NCBI GenBank assembly: GCA_964036045.1
Contig: OZ038378.1
Span: forward strand, 183,892,001 to 183,956,000
Direction: 5' to 3'
Origin: Eutreptiella sp. 'Long Island Sound 2002'
Taxonomy: Eukaryota; Protista; Euglenida
Length of the DNA stretch: 64,000 nt
Shown: one piece after another, positions 48,995 through 60,152 of the stretch
Layout: each line of letters opens with the position of its first letter
Numbering within the stretch: the first letter of the stretch is position 1
The notes under the pieces: model-generated
Seen by the model: only the letters and a program-made list of their open reading frames with translations
What the model was told of the DNA's origin: nothing
Database searches by the model: none
Program-made: the position numbers and the translations under genes

Positions 48995-51900
48995 TCACCG
49001 AGCTGGTGGAACCAGTCTTGGTTTTATAACCCTTTTTAGGGTCTAGGGTGGACCTACCAGGTTTAGCAGCAGCAGCAGCAAGCAGCAAGCAGCAAGCAGC
49101 AGCAAGCAACAAGCAGCACGCGCGAAATGGGTAAAAATCAGAATTCCGTCGTGGTGCTTCGGATTTGGCTGAAATTTTGGTGGATGATACCTATGGGTGT
49201 GAGGAACAACCCTACAAAGTATGAGCCAGAAACTCAACGGTGGCGGCCGGGAACGGGTGTCGCAAGTGGCGGACCTCAGTTTCAAAAACTACAGTTTAGG
49301 GCCAAAAACAGCCATTTTTGGGCCAAAAAAGCCCTAGAACCCATTCAAAACGGCCAAACAAAGGGAAACGGTGGGTACACTCCATGTGCGCCTTGACTTT
49401 CCCATGTCAACGAGCCCTTTGCGGCCCTCTAACTCCACCATATGTCCCGGAAACTGCCCAAAAAGGCCCCCAGAAGCCCCAAATTTTGTGCAGATTGGCG
49501 GGCAACAGCCACAAACCAAGAATAGGCCATATCTTTGGCTACATGGCTGAAAACGCGATTCCGAGGGCACCTAGTCCACCCGCAACCCCCCACTTTTTGT
49601 GGTTTCCACGCCTCAGAATTGCCCAAACGGACGCCTAGAACCCCGGTACCCAGGCCCACTAGGCTGCGGCAAGCTGCAAGCTCAAGCCCAAATAGGTGGG
49701 TGCCCAAATGGGTCAATATGGTCCAATGGGGCAGAAAAATGACTTTTCTCAAAAATGATCCTAGACCATGTGTGATGCTAAAGCAAGTGTTTTTGGACTA
49801 TTTTGAGCTTGTGGTGGCCCATTTTGGTCCTCCGAAAATCCCAAAATGCCTTGAAGATGCGCTGTTTTGGGACCAAAAATGGGTCAAAAATGGGTCAAAA
49901 ACGCATTTTTCCAAAACTCATCCCACACCATTTGGGGTGCACAAGCGGGTGAAATGAGCCCATTTTGAGCCCATTTTGGGGCATTTTGGCCCCTCACAAG
50001 TCCACAAAAGCCTTGAAAGTGGGCCTTGTGGTGAAGGGGATCACTTGCAAGCTGATTCCACTTTGTCAACGGCCTTCAATGTGTGACTCATTCTTGATGT
50101 CCCTCACCATTCATATCCAATGTTCCTTCCCCCACCAGCTCGGTCCCAACATTCAGTCTTGATTAGGGTCACCGAGCTGGTGGAACCAGTCTTGGTTGTA
50201 TAACCCTTTTTAGTGTCTAGGGTGGACCTACCAGGTTTAGCAGCAGCAGCAGCAAGCAGCAGCAAGCAGCAGCAAGCAGCAAGCAGCAGCACGCGCGAAA
50301 TGGGTAAAAATCAGATTTCCGTCGTGGTGCTTCAGATTCGGGTGAAATTTTGGTGGATGATACCTATGGGTGTGAAGTACAATCACACAAAGTTTGAGCA
50401 AGAAACTCAACGGTGGCGGCCGGGAACGGGATTCGCAAGTGGCGGACCTCAGTTTCAAAATCTGCAGTTTAGGGCCAAAAACAGCCATTTTTGGGCCAAA
50501 AATGCGCTGGAACACATTCAAAACGGCCAAACGAAGGGAAACGGTGGGTACACTGCACGTGCCTCTTGACTTCCCCGTGTCAACGAGCTCTTTGCGGCCC
50601 TCTAACTCCATGATATGTCCCGGAAGCGGCCCAAAAAGGCCCCAAGAAGCTCCAACTGCCAACAGCCACAAACCAAGAATAGGCCATATCTTTGGCTACA
50701 TGGCTCAAAATGTGATTCCGAGGGCACCTACTCCACCCGCAACCCCCCACTTTTTGTGGTTTCCACCCCTCAGAATTGCCCAAACGGACGCCTAGACCCC
50801 AATAACTAGGCCCACTAGGCTGTGGCAAGCTGCAAGCTCAAGCCCAAACAGGTGGGTACCCAAATGGGTCAACAGGGTCCGAAAGGGGTAAAAATGTGAC
50901 TTTCCGCAAAAATGATCCTAGACCATGTGCGACGCTAAAACAAGTGTTTTTAGAGTGTTTTGAGCTTGTGGTGGCCCATTTGGGTCCTCCAAAAATCCCA
51001 AAATGCCTTGAAGATGCGCTGTTTTGGGACCAAAAATGGGTCAAAAATGGGTCAAAAACGCATTTTTCCAAAACTCATTGTAGACCATTTGGGGTGCACA
51101 AAAGGGTGAAATGAGCCCATTTTGAGCCCATTTTGGGGCATTTTGGCCCCTGAGAAGTCCAAAAAGCCTTGAAAGTGGGCGTCGTGGTGATGGGGTTCAG
51201 GTGCATTTCACTTTGTCAAGAGCCATCAATGTGTGAATCATTCTTGATGTCCCTCACCATTCATATCTAATGTTCCCTCCCCCACCAGCTCGGTCCCAAT
51301 ATTCAGTCTTGATTAGGGTCACCGAGCTGGTGGAACCAGTCTTGGTTTTATAACCCTTTTTAGTGTCTAGGGTGGACCTACCAGGTTTAGCAGCAGCAGC
51401 AGCAAGCAGCAAGCAACAGCAGCAAGCAGCAAGCAGCACGCGCGAAATGGGTAAAAATCAGATTTCCGTCGTGGTGCTTCAGATTCGGGTGAAATTTTGG
51501 TGGATGATACCTATGGGTGTGAAGTACAATCACACGAAGTGTGAGCAAGAAACTCAACGGTGGCGGCCGGGAACGGGATTCGCAAGTGGCGGACCTCAGT
51601 TTCAAAATCTGCAGTTTAGGGCCAAAAACAGCCATTTTTGGGCCAAAAATGCGCTGGAACACATTCAAAACGGCCAAACGAAGGGAAACGGTGGGTACAC
51701 TGCACGTGCCTCTTGACTTCCCCGTGTCAACGAGCTCTTTGCGGCCTTTTTAGTGTCTAGGGTGGACCTACCAGGTTTAGCAGCAGCAGCAGCAAGCAGC
51801 AGCAAGCAGCAGCAAGCAGCAAGCAGCAGCACACGCGAAATGGGTAAAAATCAGAACTCCGTCGTGGTGCTTCAGATTCGGGTGAAATTTTGGTGGATGA

Positions 51901-54900
51901 TACCTATGGGTGTGAAGTACAATCACACAAAGTTTGAGCAAGAAACTCAGCGGTGGCGGCCGGGAACGGGATTTGCAAGTGGCGGACCTCGCTTTCAAAA
52001 ACTGCACTTTAGGGCCAAAAACAGCCATTTTTGGGCTTAAAAAGCCCTAGAACACATTCAAAACGGCCAAACGAAGGGAAACGGTGGCTACTCTGCACGT
52101 GCGGCTTGACTTCCCTGTGTCAACGAGCTCTTTGCCGCCCTCTAACTCCATGATATGTCTCGGAAACGGCCCAACAAGGCCCCCAGAAGCTTCAAATGCC
52201 GACAGCCACAAACCAAGAATAGGCCATATCTTTGGCTACATGGCTCAAAATGCGATTCCGAGGGCACCTACTCCACCCGCAACCCCCCACTTTTTGTGGT
52301 TTCCACCCCTTAGAATTGCCCAAACGGACACCTACACCCTCGTACTTAGGCCCACTAGGCTGCGGCAAGCTGCAAGCTCAAGCCCAAACAGGTGGGTGCC
52401 CAAATGGGTCATTAGGGTCCAGTAGGGGCAAAAAGATGACTTTTCTCAAAAATGATCCTAGACCATGTGCGACGCTAAAACAAGTGTTTTTGGACCATTT
52501 TGAGCTTGTGGTGGCACATTTTGGTCCTCCGAAAATCCTAAAATGCCTTGAAAAAAGGCTGTTTTGGGACCAAAAATGGGTCAAGAAAGGGTCAAAATCG
52601 CGTTTTTCCAAAAATCATCCTAGACCATTTGGGGTGCACAAACGGGTGAAATGAGCCCATTTTGAGCCCATTTTGGGGCATTTTGGCCCCTCAGAAGTCC
52701 AACAAAAGCCTTGAAAGTGGGCCTCGTGGTGATGGGGTTGACTTGCAAGCTGATTTCACTTTGTGAAGAGCCATCAATGTGTGAATCATTCTTGATGTCC
52801 TTCACCAGTCATAGCTAATGTTCCCTCCCCCACCAGCTCGGTCCCAATATTCAGTCTTGATTAGGGTTAGGGTCACCGAGCTGGTGGAACCAGTCTTGGT
52901 TTTATAACCCTTTTTAGTGTCTAGGGTGGACCTACCAGGTTTAGCAGCAAGCAACAGCAGCAAGCAGCAAGCAACAGCACGCGCGAAATGGGTAAAAATC
53001 AGAACTCCGTCGTGGTGCTTTGGATTTCAGTGAATTTTTGGTGGATGATACCTATGGGTGTGAAGTACAATCACACAAAGTTTGAGCCAGAAACTCAACG
53101 GTGGCGGCCAGGAACGGGATTCGCAAGTGGCGGGCCTCAGTTTCAAAAACTGCAGTTTAGGGCCAAAAACAGCCATTTTTGGGCCAAAAAAGCCCTGGAA
53201 CACATTCAAAACGGCCAAACGAAGGGAAACGGTGGCTACTCTGCACGTGCGGCTTGACTTCCCCGTGTCAACGAGCTCTTTGCGGCCCTCTAACTCCATG
53301 ATATGTCCCGGAAGCGGCCCAACAAGGCCCCCAGAAGCTTCAAATGCCAACAGCCACAAACCAAGAATAGGCCATATCTTTGGCTACATGGCTCAAAATG
53401 CGATTCCGAGGGCACCTACTCCACCCGCAACCCCCCACTTTTTGTGGTTTCCACCCCTCAGAATTGCCCAAACGGACGCCTAGACCCCAATAACTAGGCC
53501 CACTCGGCTGTGGCAAGCTGCAAGCTCAAGCCCAAACAGGTGGGTGCCCAAATGGGTCAACAAGGTCCAATAGGGGCAAAAAGATGACTTTTCTCAAAAA
53601 TGATCCTAGACCATGTGCGATGCTAAAACAAGTGTTTTTGGACCGTTTTGATGTGGTGGTGGCACATTTTGGTCCTCCGAAAATCCTAAAATGCCTTGAA
53701 AAAAGGCTGTTTTGGGACCAAAAATGGGTCAAAAATGGGTCAAAAACGCATTTTTCCAAAAATCATCCTAGACCATTTGGGGTGCACAAACGGGTGAAAT
53801 GAGCCCATTTTGAGCCCATTTTGGGGCATTTTGGCCCCTCAGAAGTCCAAAAAGCCTTGAAAGTGGGCCTCATGGTGATGGGGTTCACTTGCAAGCTGAT
53901 TTCACTTTGTCAAGAGCCATCAATGTGTGAATCATTCTTGATGTCCTTCACCAATCATAGCTGATGTTCCCTCCCCCACCAGCTCGGTCCCAATATTCAG
54001 TCTTGATTAGGGTTAGGGTCACCGAGCTGGTGGAACCAGTCTTGGTTTTATAACCCTTTTTAGGGTCTAGGGTGGACCTACCAGGTTTAGCAGCAGCAGC
54101 AGCAGCAGCAGCAAGCAGCAAGCAGCACGCGCGAAATGGGTAAAAATCAGAACTCCGTCGTGGTGCTTCGGATTCGGCTGAAATTTTGGTGGATGATACC
54201 TATGGGTGTGAGGGACAACCACACAAAGTATGAGCCAGAAACTCAACGGTGGCGGCCGGGAACGGGTGTCGCAAGTGGCGGACCTCAGTTTCAAAAACTG
54301 CAGTTTAGGGCCAAAAACAGCCATTTTTGGGCCAAAAAAGCCCTAGAACCCATTCAAAACGGCCAAACAAAGGGAAAGTGTGGGTACACTCCATGTGCGG
54401 CTTGACTTTCCCATGTCTACGAGCCCTTTGCGGCCCTCTAACTCCACCATATGTCCCGGAAACCGCCCAAAAAGGCCCCCAAAAGGCCCAAATTTTGTGC
54501 AGATTGGCTGGCGACAGCCACAAACCAAGAATAGGCCATATCTTTGGCTACATGGCTGAAAATGCGATTCCGAGGGCACCTAGCCCACCCGCAACCGCCC
54601 ACGTTATGTGGTTTCCACGCCTCAAAATTGCCCAAACGGACACCTAGACCCCAATACCTAGGCCCACTAGGCTGCGGCAAGCTGCAAGCTCAAGCCCAAA
54701 CAGGTGGGTGCCCAAATGGGTCAATATGGTCCAATGGGGCAGAAAAATGACTTTTCTCAAAAATGATCCTAGACCATGTGTGATGCTAAAGCAAGTGTTT
54801 TTGGACTGTTTTGAGCTTGTGGTGGCCCATTTTGGTCCTCCGAAAATCCCAAAATGCCTTGAAGATGCGCTGTTTTGGGACCAAAAATGGGTCAAAAACG

Positions 54901-55200
54901 CATTTTTCCAAAACTCATCCCACACCATTTGGGGTGCACAAACGGGTGAAATGAGCCCATTTTGAGCCCACTTTGGGGCATTTTGGCCCCTCACAAGTCC
55001 ACAAAAGCCTTGAAAGTGGGCCTTGTGGTGAAGGGGATCACTTGCAAGCTGATTCCACTTTGTCAACGGCCTTCAATGTGTGACTCATTGGTGTCCCTCA
55101 CCATTCATATCTAATGTTCCTTCCCCCACCAGCTCGGTCCCAATATTCAGTCTTGATTAGGGTTAGGTGTAGGGTTAGGAGCAGGATGAGGGTTGGGGTG
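48963..55200 (+). repeat. Tandem array of ~5.4 copies of a ~1.15-kb unit punctuated by TTAGGG
   Basis: The marker AGGGTCACCGAGCTGGTGG occurs at 48991, 50165, 51315, 52869 and 54015. Copy 3 is truncated and fused at ~51747 to copy 4, which lacks its first ~45 bp. A (GCAGCAA)n tract lies near each unit start. Confidence 0.97.
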
Positions 55201-55215
55201 GGCGTTAGAGTCAAG
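55157..55215 (+). repeat. Degenerate interstitial telomere-like repeats
   Basis: ttagggttaggtgtagggttaggagcaggatgagggttggggtg... Confidence 0.75.
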
Positions 55216-55613
55216 GTTGGGTTCAAGTATAGCGTTGGGGTGCTCCACCGCCTGAGCGGGGAGGGATGCTACGTGGGCAAGGGGAATGAAAAAAAATTTT
55301 CGGGCGCCTTCGGCGCCACCCTATGTATGGCTAGTAGCCATTGACCCTTGGTAACTAAGTGGGCCCGGAGGGCCCGGAGGGGGGGGGGGGGGGGGGAGTC
55401 GCGTACCGGGACCGAGGAGACGGCCCCCCCGTGGGTACATGCAGTGCAGTGTGAGGCAGGCGGGACCACCCCGCGAAAACTGGGCCCAACGGCCAGTTGT
55501 GACCTGAATACTGGGGGTTATCCTACCTTGACAATCCTGAATCCAGCGGCATCGGTCCCAGCACCCCAACGTGACCCCTCTGCCCCCGACCCAAGGAATA
55601 CACAGAGAGAATC

Positions 55614-55840
55614 CTATAATCCATCATCTACGTCCCAGTGATTGAATACCACCTTCAATGCGATTGTTGCCTGAAGAAGTAACCCAAGAGAGACCTTGCG
55701 CACATCGCCCACGACGTACAGCTTGTCCGCCTCGACAATGTGCTTTGTCACGGGCTCGTGGAAGGGCAGCGCCAGATCTCGTGCATGGTGCAGCAGCATG
55801 GAAGTGTCCACGGAGAGTTTCAGGTCCGCACGCATGTTCT
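55614..55840 (-). CDS. UBL-domain gene, terminal exon (...FNHWDVDDGL*)
   Basis: 227 nt; phase matches; TAG at 55616-55614. Confidence 0.7.
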
Positions 55841-58284
55841 CTGTGGGATGTGGTGTAGGACCGTGGTCGGGTGGTGTCTGTCGCACCGTGCGCTGCACTG
55901 CGCACGCGTGAGGCACCCTCGGAGGTTCAGATCCCAATGCAGGAGAGTTTGAAGCACACACAAACACTGGCCATCCTGCACAATGGGGAACGTGGAAGGC
56001 ACAGGTGCATGTTGGACGCCGTCGGATGTGCAGAGTACTGGACGGCTCACAGGGCCTATACGCATGCCATGGAACAGGGCTTGGGGAGGCTCCCCGGGGT
56101 GCATTATCCAACGAAACGTGAAATGTAACGTGAAACGTGAAAGCCTGAAACAGAGCAACACAGGGGTCCCCCGTCAGGGGGGGGGGGGGGTCAGAGATGT
56201 CTTTAGGGACGGATAATCCGTCGTAAATCCATCGTCAAAATTTTCAAATCCATCGCAAATCCACTGTAAGTAATCCAGGATACCACTTGCCACCAGATCC
56301 CTACACTGAATTTACTTCAATCCTACGGTCTCCTTGGCATGGTGGACCAACTGAGCCCGGTGTCCAAAAGGCATGTCATATCTTTGGAAAGCTTCCGGCC
56401 GAAGCAAGGTGATGGCACGAACACTGCCAAAGCTATCCGACTTCAGCTTGTCACAGTACTTTTTGACTGAATTAGGAGCAGATGCCCAAACGCAATCCCA
56501 CAGATGGTCCACCGGTGCTGAGGTTGCAACCACTGGTCCTTCAGGTGTATCAAGAGGTGCCTGTGGCACGGGTTGTTGTTTACCTTGCGCCAATGATGTT
56601 GCAACAGTTGTGGCGCGTTACTCACCACCATCAGCAAAAAAAAGTGCTTCATACATGGGTGGCAGCAGCCAAAACAACTGAGCAGGGAGACAGGCCCTGC
56701 AACGAGATCTTTGGGGGCTGGGACTGAAGGGGAACTCAGGGGGAACTGCAAGTTACCTACAGCGTGCAAAAAGTCGTGGGCAGAAGCTTCACAGCATGCA
56801 AAAAAGGCAATAGTGTGGGGCAGGGGTATGTGTCAGAGAGGCTTATCCGTCGCAAATCCATCGTCAAAATGGTCAAATCCATTGCAAATCCACCGTCAAC
56901 CCCCCAAATATCCACCGCTAATGACAACTCTGGGGGCTGGAATATGCAAACCGGTGCCTCCAAGTCTGCAATGTAAATACACAGAGTTATGCAAAATTAT
57001 GCAACATTACGCAGGTGAAAAAAATGCAAAAAAATGGCAGAGCAATGCACAACACCCGGGGGTCAAAAATTCCAGCCATACCCGTGATGCAGGTGGTTTG
57101 GCCCCACAGTTCCACTTTGACTTCTTTTTCTCTTGTCCATCAGTTCATCCTCATCCACAATTGGCCGTGTCATCTGGTTCCTCATCACTGTCACCATAAT
57201 CAAACTCAGGAACGTCGTCATCATCAAAACGACAGGCAGAGCACTGCACGATACCCTGGGCTCAGAAGTACTTTTACTTCCTTTACTCTGGTCCATCAGC
57301 ACAACTGTCACCCTCGTCCACAATAGGCCAATTCATCCGGTCCCTCATCACTGTCACTATCATCAAATTCAGCAAGGTCGTCATCATCAAGCTCATCTGA
57401 TGCTGCCTAAGTGCCAACCAGTGGCAAAAGTATGCAACTTATCCAAAGCCCCAATGTGCAAAATTATGCAAAGTTATGCATTTGCACAATTGCCCCACGC
57501 CCCTGCCTCATACTCCAACCACTGGCCAGAATTGGCAGCACCAAGAACTGCAGGGATACTTTTTCAAGCGCCATACACCCCTGAGGGCTGATATGTGCCT
57601 ATACGTGCCCATGTGTGTACCCCAATTGTGCCTAACTACCTGCTACCTACCTAAAATGTGTCTAACCAACCCTAACCCCGAACCCGGGGGCCCAAAATGT
57701 AGAACAATGATGTGGCTACAGGCAGCCATGAACAAAAATGTCCTTTGTGGACTCCTGAGGCCGGTACCTAAAACTGACTGTGGCCAGAGGCCCCCCTTGC
57801 GCAGAGGGGAGGGGTTGACACTTGGCGTCCTGGGACCGGTAGAGCCGCCCCGCCCGTGCACACCAAATAACAAGGCGTACCTTGAATCCTGTTGACCAGC
57901 GTGTGCACGGTCCATGAGGGATCCACTTCCACCTCTTGGTCAGCGCATTGGACTGGCAAATCCACACAGTTGTGGAACGCCACAGTCACTTTGCAGGACG
58001 CCATGGCTGTAAATAGGGCAAAGGCAGCAGGGTGAATGGGTAATGGCACAGGCACGGGCCCATAAACCTGCCAGGCCAGTTTGGCCAGAGTAGAGGTTTC
58101 TGGACTCAAGGTCTCTTCAGGCTGTGAGGCCGGGGGGGAGGTGTGGGCCACGAACTCAAGCTGCAGCTTCTTCGGCCTATCCCTGTGCCGCATCCAGGAA
58201 CTGGTTTTGGCCTTGGCATCCGTCAGCTTCAGCACCACAGGGGTTTCCACTTCCAAGCGTGGTATGGCCAAATAGCAGCCATCC
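55614..58284 (-). CDS. 3' part of a gene encoding a protein with a C-terminal ubiquitin-like (beta-grasp) domain; exons 58284-57881 and 55840-55614; tentative upstream exons 59270-59209 and ~61290-61120
   Basis: The spliced product KVTVAF...DQEVEVDPSWTVHTLVNRIQ|ENMRADLKLSVDTSMLLHHARDLALPFHEPVTKHIVEADKLYVV follows the ubiquitin-fold pattern. Phase-1 GT-AG intron 55841-57880 (G|gtacgc ... cccacag|AG). Confidence 0.65.
56312..56593 (-). CDS. SAM (sterile alpha motif)-like ORF inside the last intron of the UBL gene; no ATG start
   Basis: SVKKYCDKLKSDSFGSVRAITLLRPEAFQRYDMPFGHRAQLVHHAKE matches the SAM pattern Y...F....I......L..L...dL...GI..GHR..I; flanked by ~55-bp direct repeats. Confidence 0.45.
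   Translation of the reverse strand: MAQGKQQPVPQAPLDTPEGPVVATSAPVDHLWDCVWASAPNSVKKYCDKLKSDSFGSVRAITLLRPEAFQRYDMPFGHRAQLVHHAKETVGLK
57130..57392. repeat. Diverged ~158-bp tandem duplication encoding acidic peptides on the minus strand
   Basis: DDDDVPEFDYGDSDEEPD and DDDDLAEFDDSDSDEGPD, both interrupted by stops or frameshifts. Confidence 0.7.
57881..58284 (-). CDS. UBL-domain gene, penultimate exon
   Basis: 404 nt; tgtag|G acceptor; within ORF 57768..58271. Confidence 0.7.
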
Positions 58285-58506
58285 CTACATCACCCAGACC
58301 TGAGACCTGACATATCACACATTGCACGTTGCACATCACACACCATACAGTACACGACACAGCGCACACCACACAATACAACCCTCGTTCAAAAGTTCTC
58401 TTCCCCTGTGATGTCAGCAGCTGGTTTGCTCCTATCTCAACCTTCCCAACCCTCCAGAAACCACAGGAACCCCGAACTAATGACGAACCAAGAATGGAGC
58501 TCAGTA

Positions 58507-58872
58507 CCCCCCCCCCCTTGTCCTAGCTACACAAAAGTCCCAAATTAATACAGTCCCTACGCCTACTGTAGCTTGGACAAGAGCGTAGCTTGCGCGCGAC
58601 ACATACAACTACCGACACACACGTGAGTGAGCGCAGAGGGGGATATGGTGCACAAATAACCCCAAAATCAGAGCTATGTGGGTTCAAGCGGGCAAACACT
58701 CACAACAAATGTGTCCATGACTCTATGCAATTGGCGAATTTGTCACCAAACCCGTGTCTTATGTGGCTGCACTACATTTGGGACCCAATTAAATTAGGTC
58801 CCAAATTAATACGGTCCCTACGCCTACTGTAGCTCGGACAAGGGTGTAGCTAGGACAAAAGGGGGGGGGGGG
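58507..58872. mobile_element. MITE-like element (~365 bp) with TIRs and internal ~55-bp direct repeats
   Basis: poly-C-TTGTCCTAGCTACAC ... GTGTAGCTAGGACAA-AA-poly-G; GTCCCAAATTAATAC.GTCCCTACGCCTACTGTAGCT occurs at 58537 and 58798. Confidence 0.7.
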
Positions 58873-59208
58873 TTAGCAATGCCGCACAACTAAGTGCAGC
58901 GGTTGTATGCTTTGCTTGGTCCGCTTCTCTGAGGTGCCACCTTTACCACTGCCTATAAGGAACCAACTTGATGCAAGCAGCAGCGAGCATGCATGTTTTC
59001 CCATCCATATCCCAAGTAACTGGGCACAATGTACTCTTATGAAGATGCTTGGACATCCCAAAAGTGTTGCGCCTTTGGCAGTTGGCAGTAACCAACGGGT
59101 TGCGCAAAAAAGGCAATATCTGGAGGTAGGTCCATCGCCAGAGTGGGCACTGGCGGCTCAGGGTTGAACGTTCTAAAGGGAATGTGGCCGACATCAGTGT
59201 GCGCCCAC

Positions 59209-59270
59209 TGCAGCTTTGGCGCAGTGTTGGGCTGCACAGTTATCAGGTCCAGGAGGGGGACCCCTGTGTC
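59209..59270 (-). CDS. Tentative exon of the UBL gene (DTGVPLLDLITVQPNTAPKLQ)
   Basis: ggcag|GAC acceptor, CA|gtgggc donor; phases link 61120 to 58284; not otherwise supported. Confidence 0.3.
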
Positions 59271-60152
59271 CTGCCGTGGGTCTGCTCTGGCAAAAGGGGA
59301 TGGGAGGAGGCGAAGAATCATCCGACGGGCGGTCCCACCGTGTCTCCATCTTTGGCCACACACGTCAACACGCACTACATGCACCGCGCAAGCGCGGTGC
59401 GAGCAGGACACCCCCGCACAAGGCACCGGGGACACGTCGTGGGCTGTCTGGACCGGGAATGTGGTCCGGTGTATCAAGGCGTCAGAAGAGGGAGGGGCAG
59501 ACTCCCGTACACAGGCCGTGAGGACGGGAATCCAGGTCCATTCAGGGGGAATCCTTGCACTGCGCGCTACTTTTAGACTATGTTCCCCTTGAAGAGCCCC
59601 CAGGCACACCCCTTGGAAACGCCCTTAGAATTAGGTGACCCAAACTCACCAATCCAGTAGTCCAACACTAGCGACATAACCTCGGTGATATCCAAAATAC
59701 ATCCAGCAGGCATTATAAATGTGGACATAAAAGAGCAAACCTCCACGCAAGCATGTTGTGGAAAAGCCATGAACAGCGCATTGGTCGCCACCCTCAACAA
59801 CACACAACTGTCTTTCTGTTCCATTGTCAACTAAGTACACATTGAGAATACACAACTTGTGTGCACAACATGACACAGTTGCAGAATCAAAGAAATGTCA
59901 CATTCTCGGGGATCCCCAAACAAAGGGGGACAAAATCAGAAGTCAAAACCTCCGCTAGGGGTCACCATGATGCCCCTAGGGGCCCCTAGTATCTCAAAGT
60001 ATGGGTCTCTAGTACGGCCAGACACCCAAATAGTTGCATTGCGCGCACTGCGCTTAAGGCGCCCCCTCAAGCAGAACCCCACGTTTATGCACCGCAACCA
60101 GCGCACGGCGCATGCAGCCGCGGCTCTCGCAGGCACGGGGGGGCGAATACAA

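Larger units (their letters stand above)
48715..55433. mobile_element. Putative non-autonomous hAT-like DNA element (6.7 kb) with ~45-bp imperfect TIRs and an 8-bp TSD candidate, carrying the tandem array
   Basis: Left end CACGGGGGGGCCGTCCCCTCG...ACGCGACTCCCCCCCC; the reverse complement of the right end reads CACGGGGGGGCCGTCTCCTCG...ACGCGACTCCCCCCCC. Flanks are AGTACATG (48707-48714) and GGTACATG (55434-55441). Confidence 0.55.

Noticed and set aside
48991-49015. GGGTCACCGAGCTGGT resembles a tRNA A-box (tRNA-derived SINE)
   Set aside because: No B-box (GTTCRANNC) at a suitable distance and no cloverleaf; better explained as the 13-bp inverted repeat
50205-50222. TTTTTAGTGTCTA resembles part of the euglenid spliced leader (TTTCTGAGTGTCTATTTT), raising an SL-RNA/5S repeat idea
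   Set aside because: Only an 8-nt match. The following sequence does not continue as leader plus GT donor, and no 5S rRNA sequence is visible in the unit.
49127-54965. Recurrent ORFs in the tandem units (MGKNQ..., MATWLK..., MTFLKND...)
   Set aside because: They recur only because the DNA is repeated. They are short, broken differently in different copies, and have no recognisable motifs.
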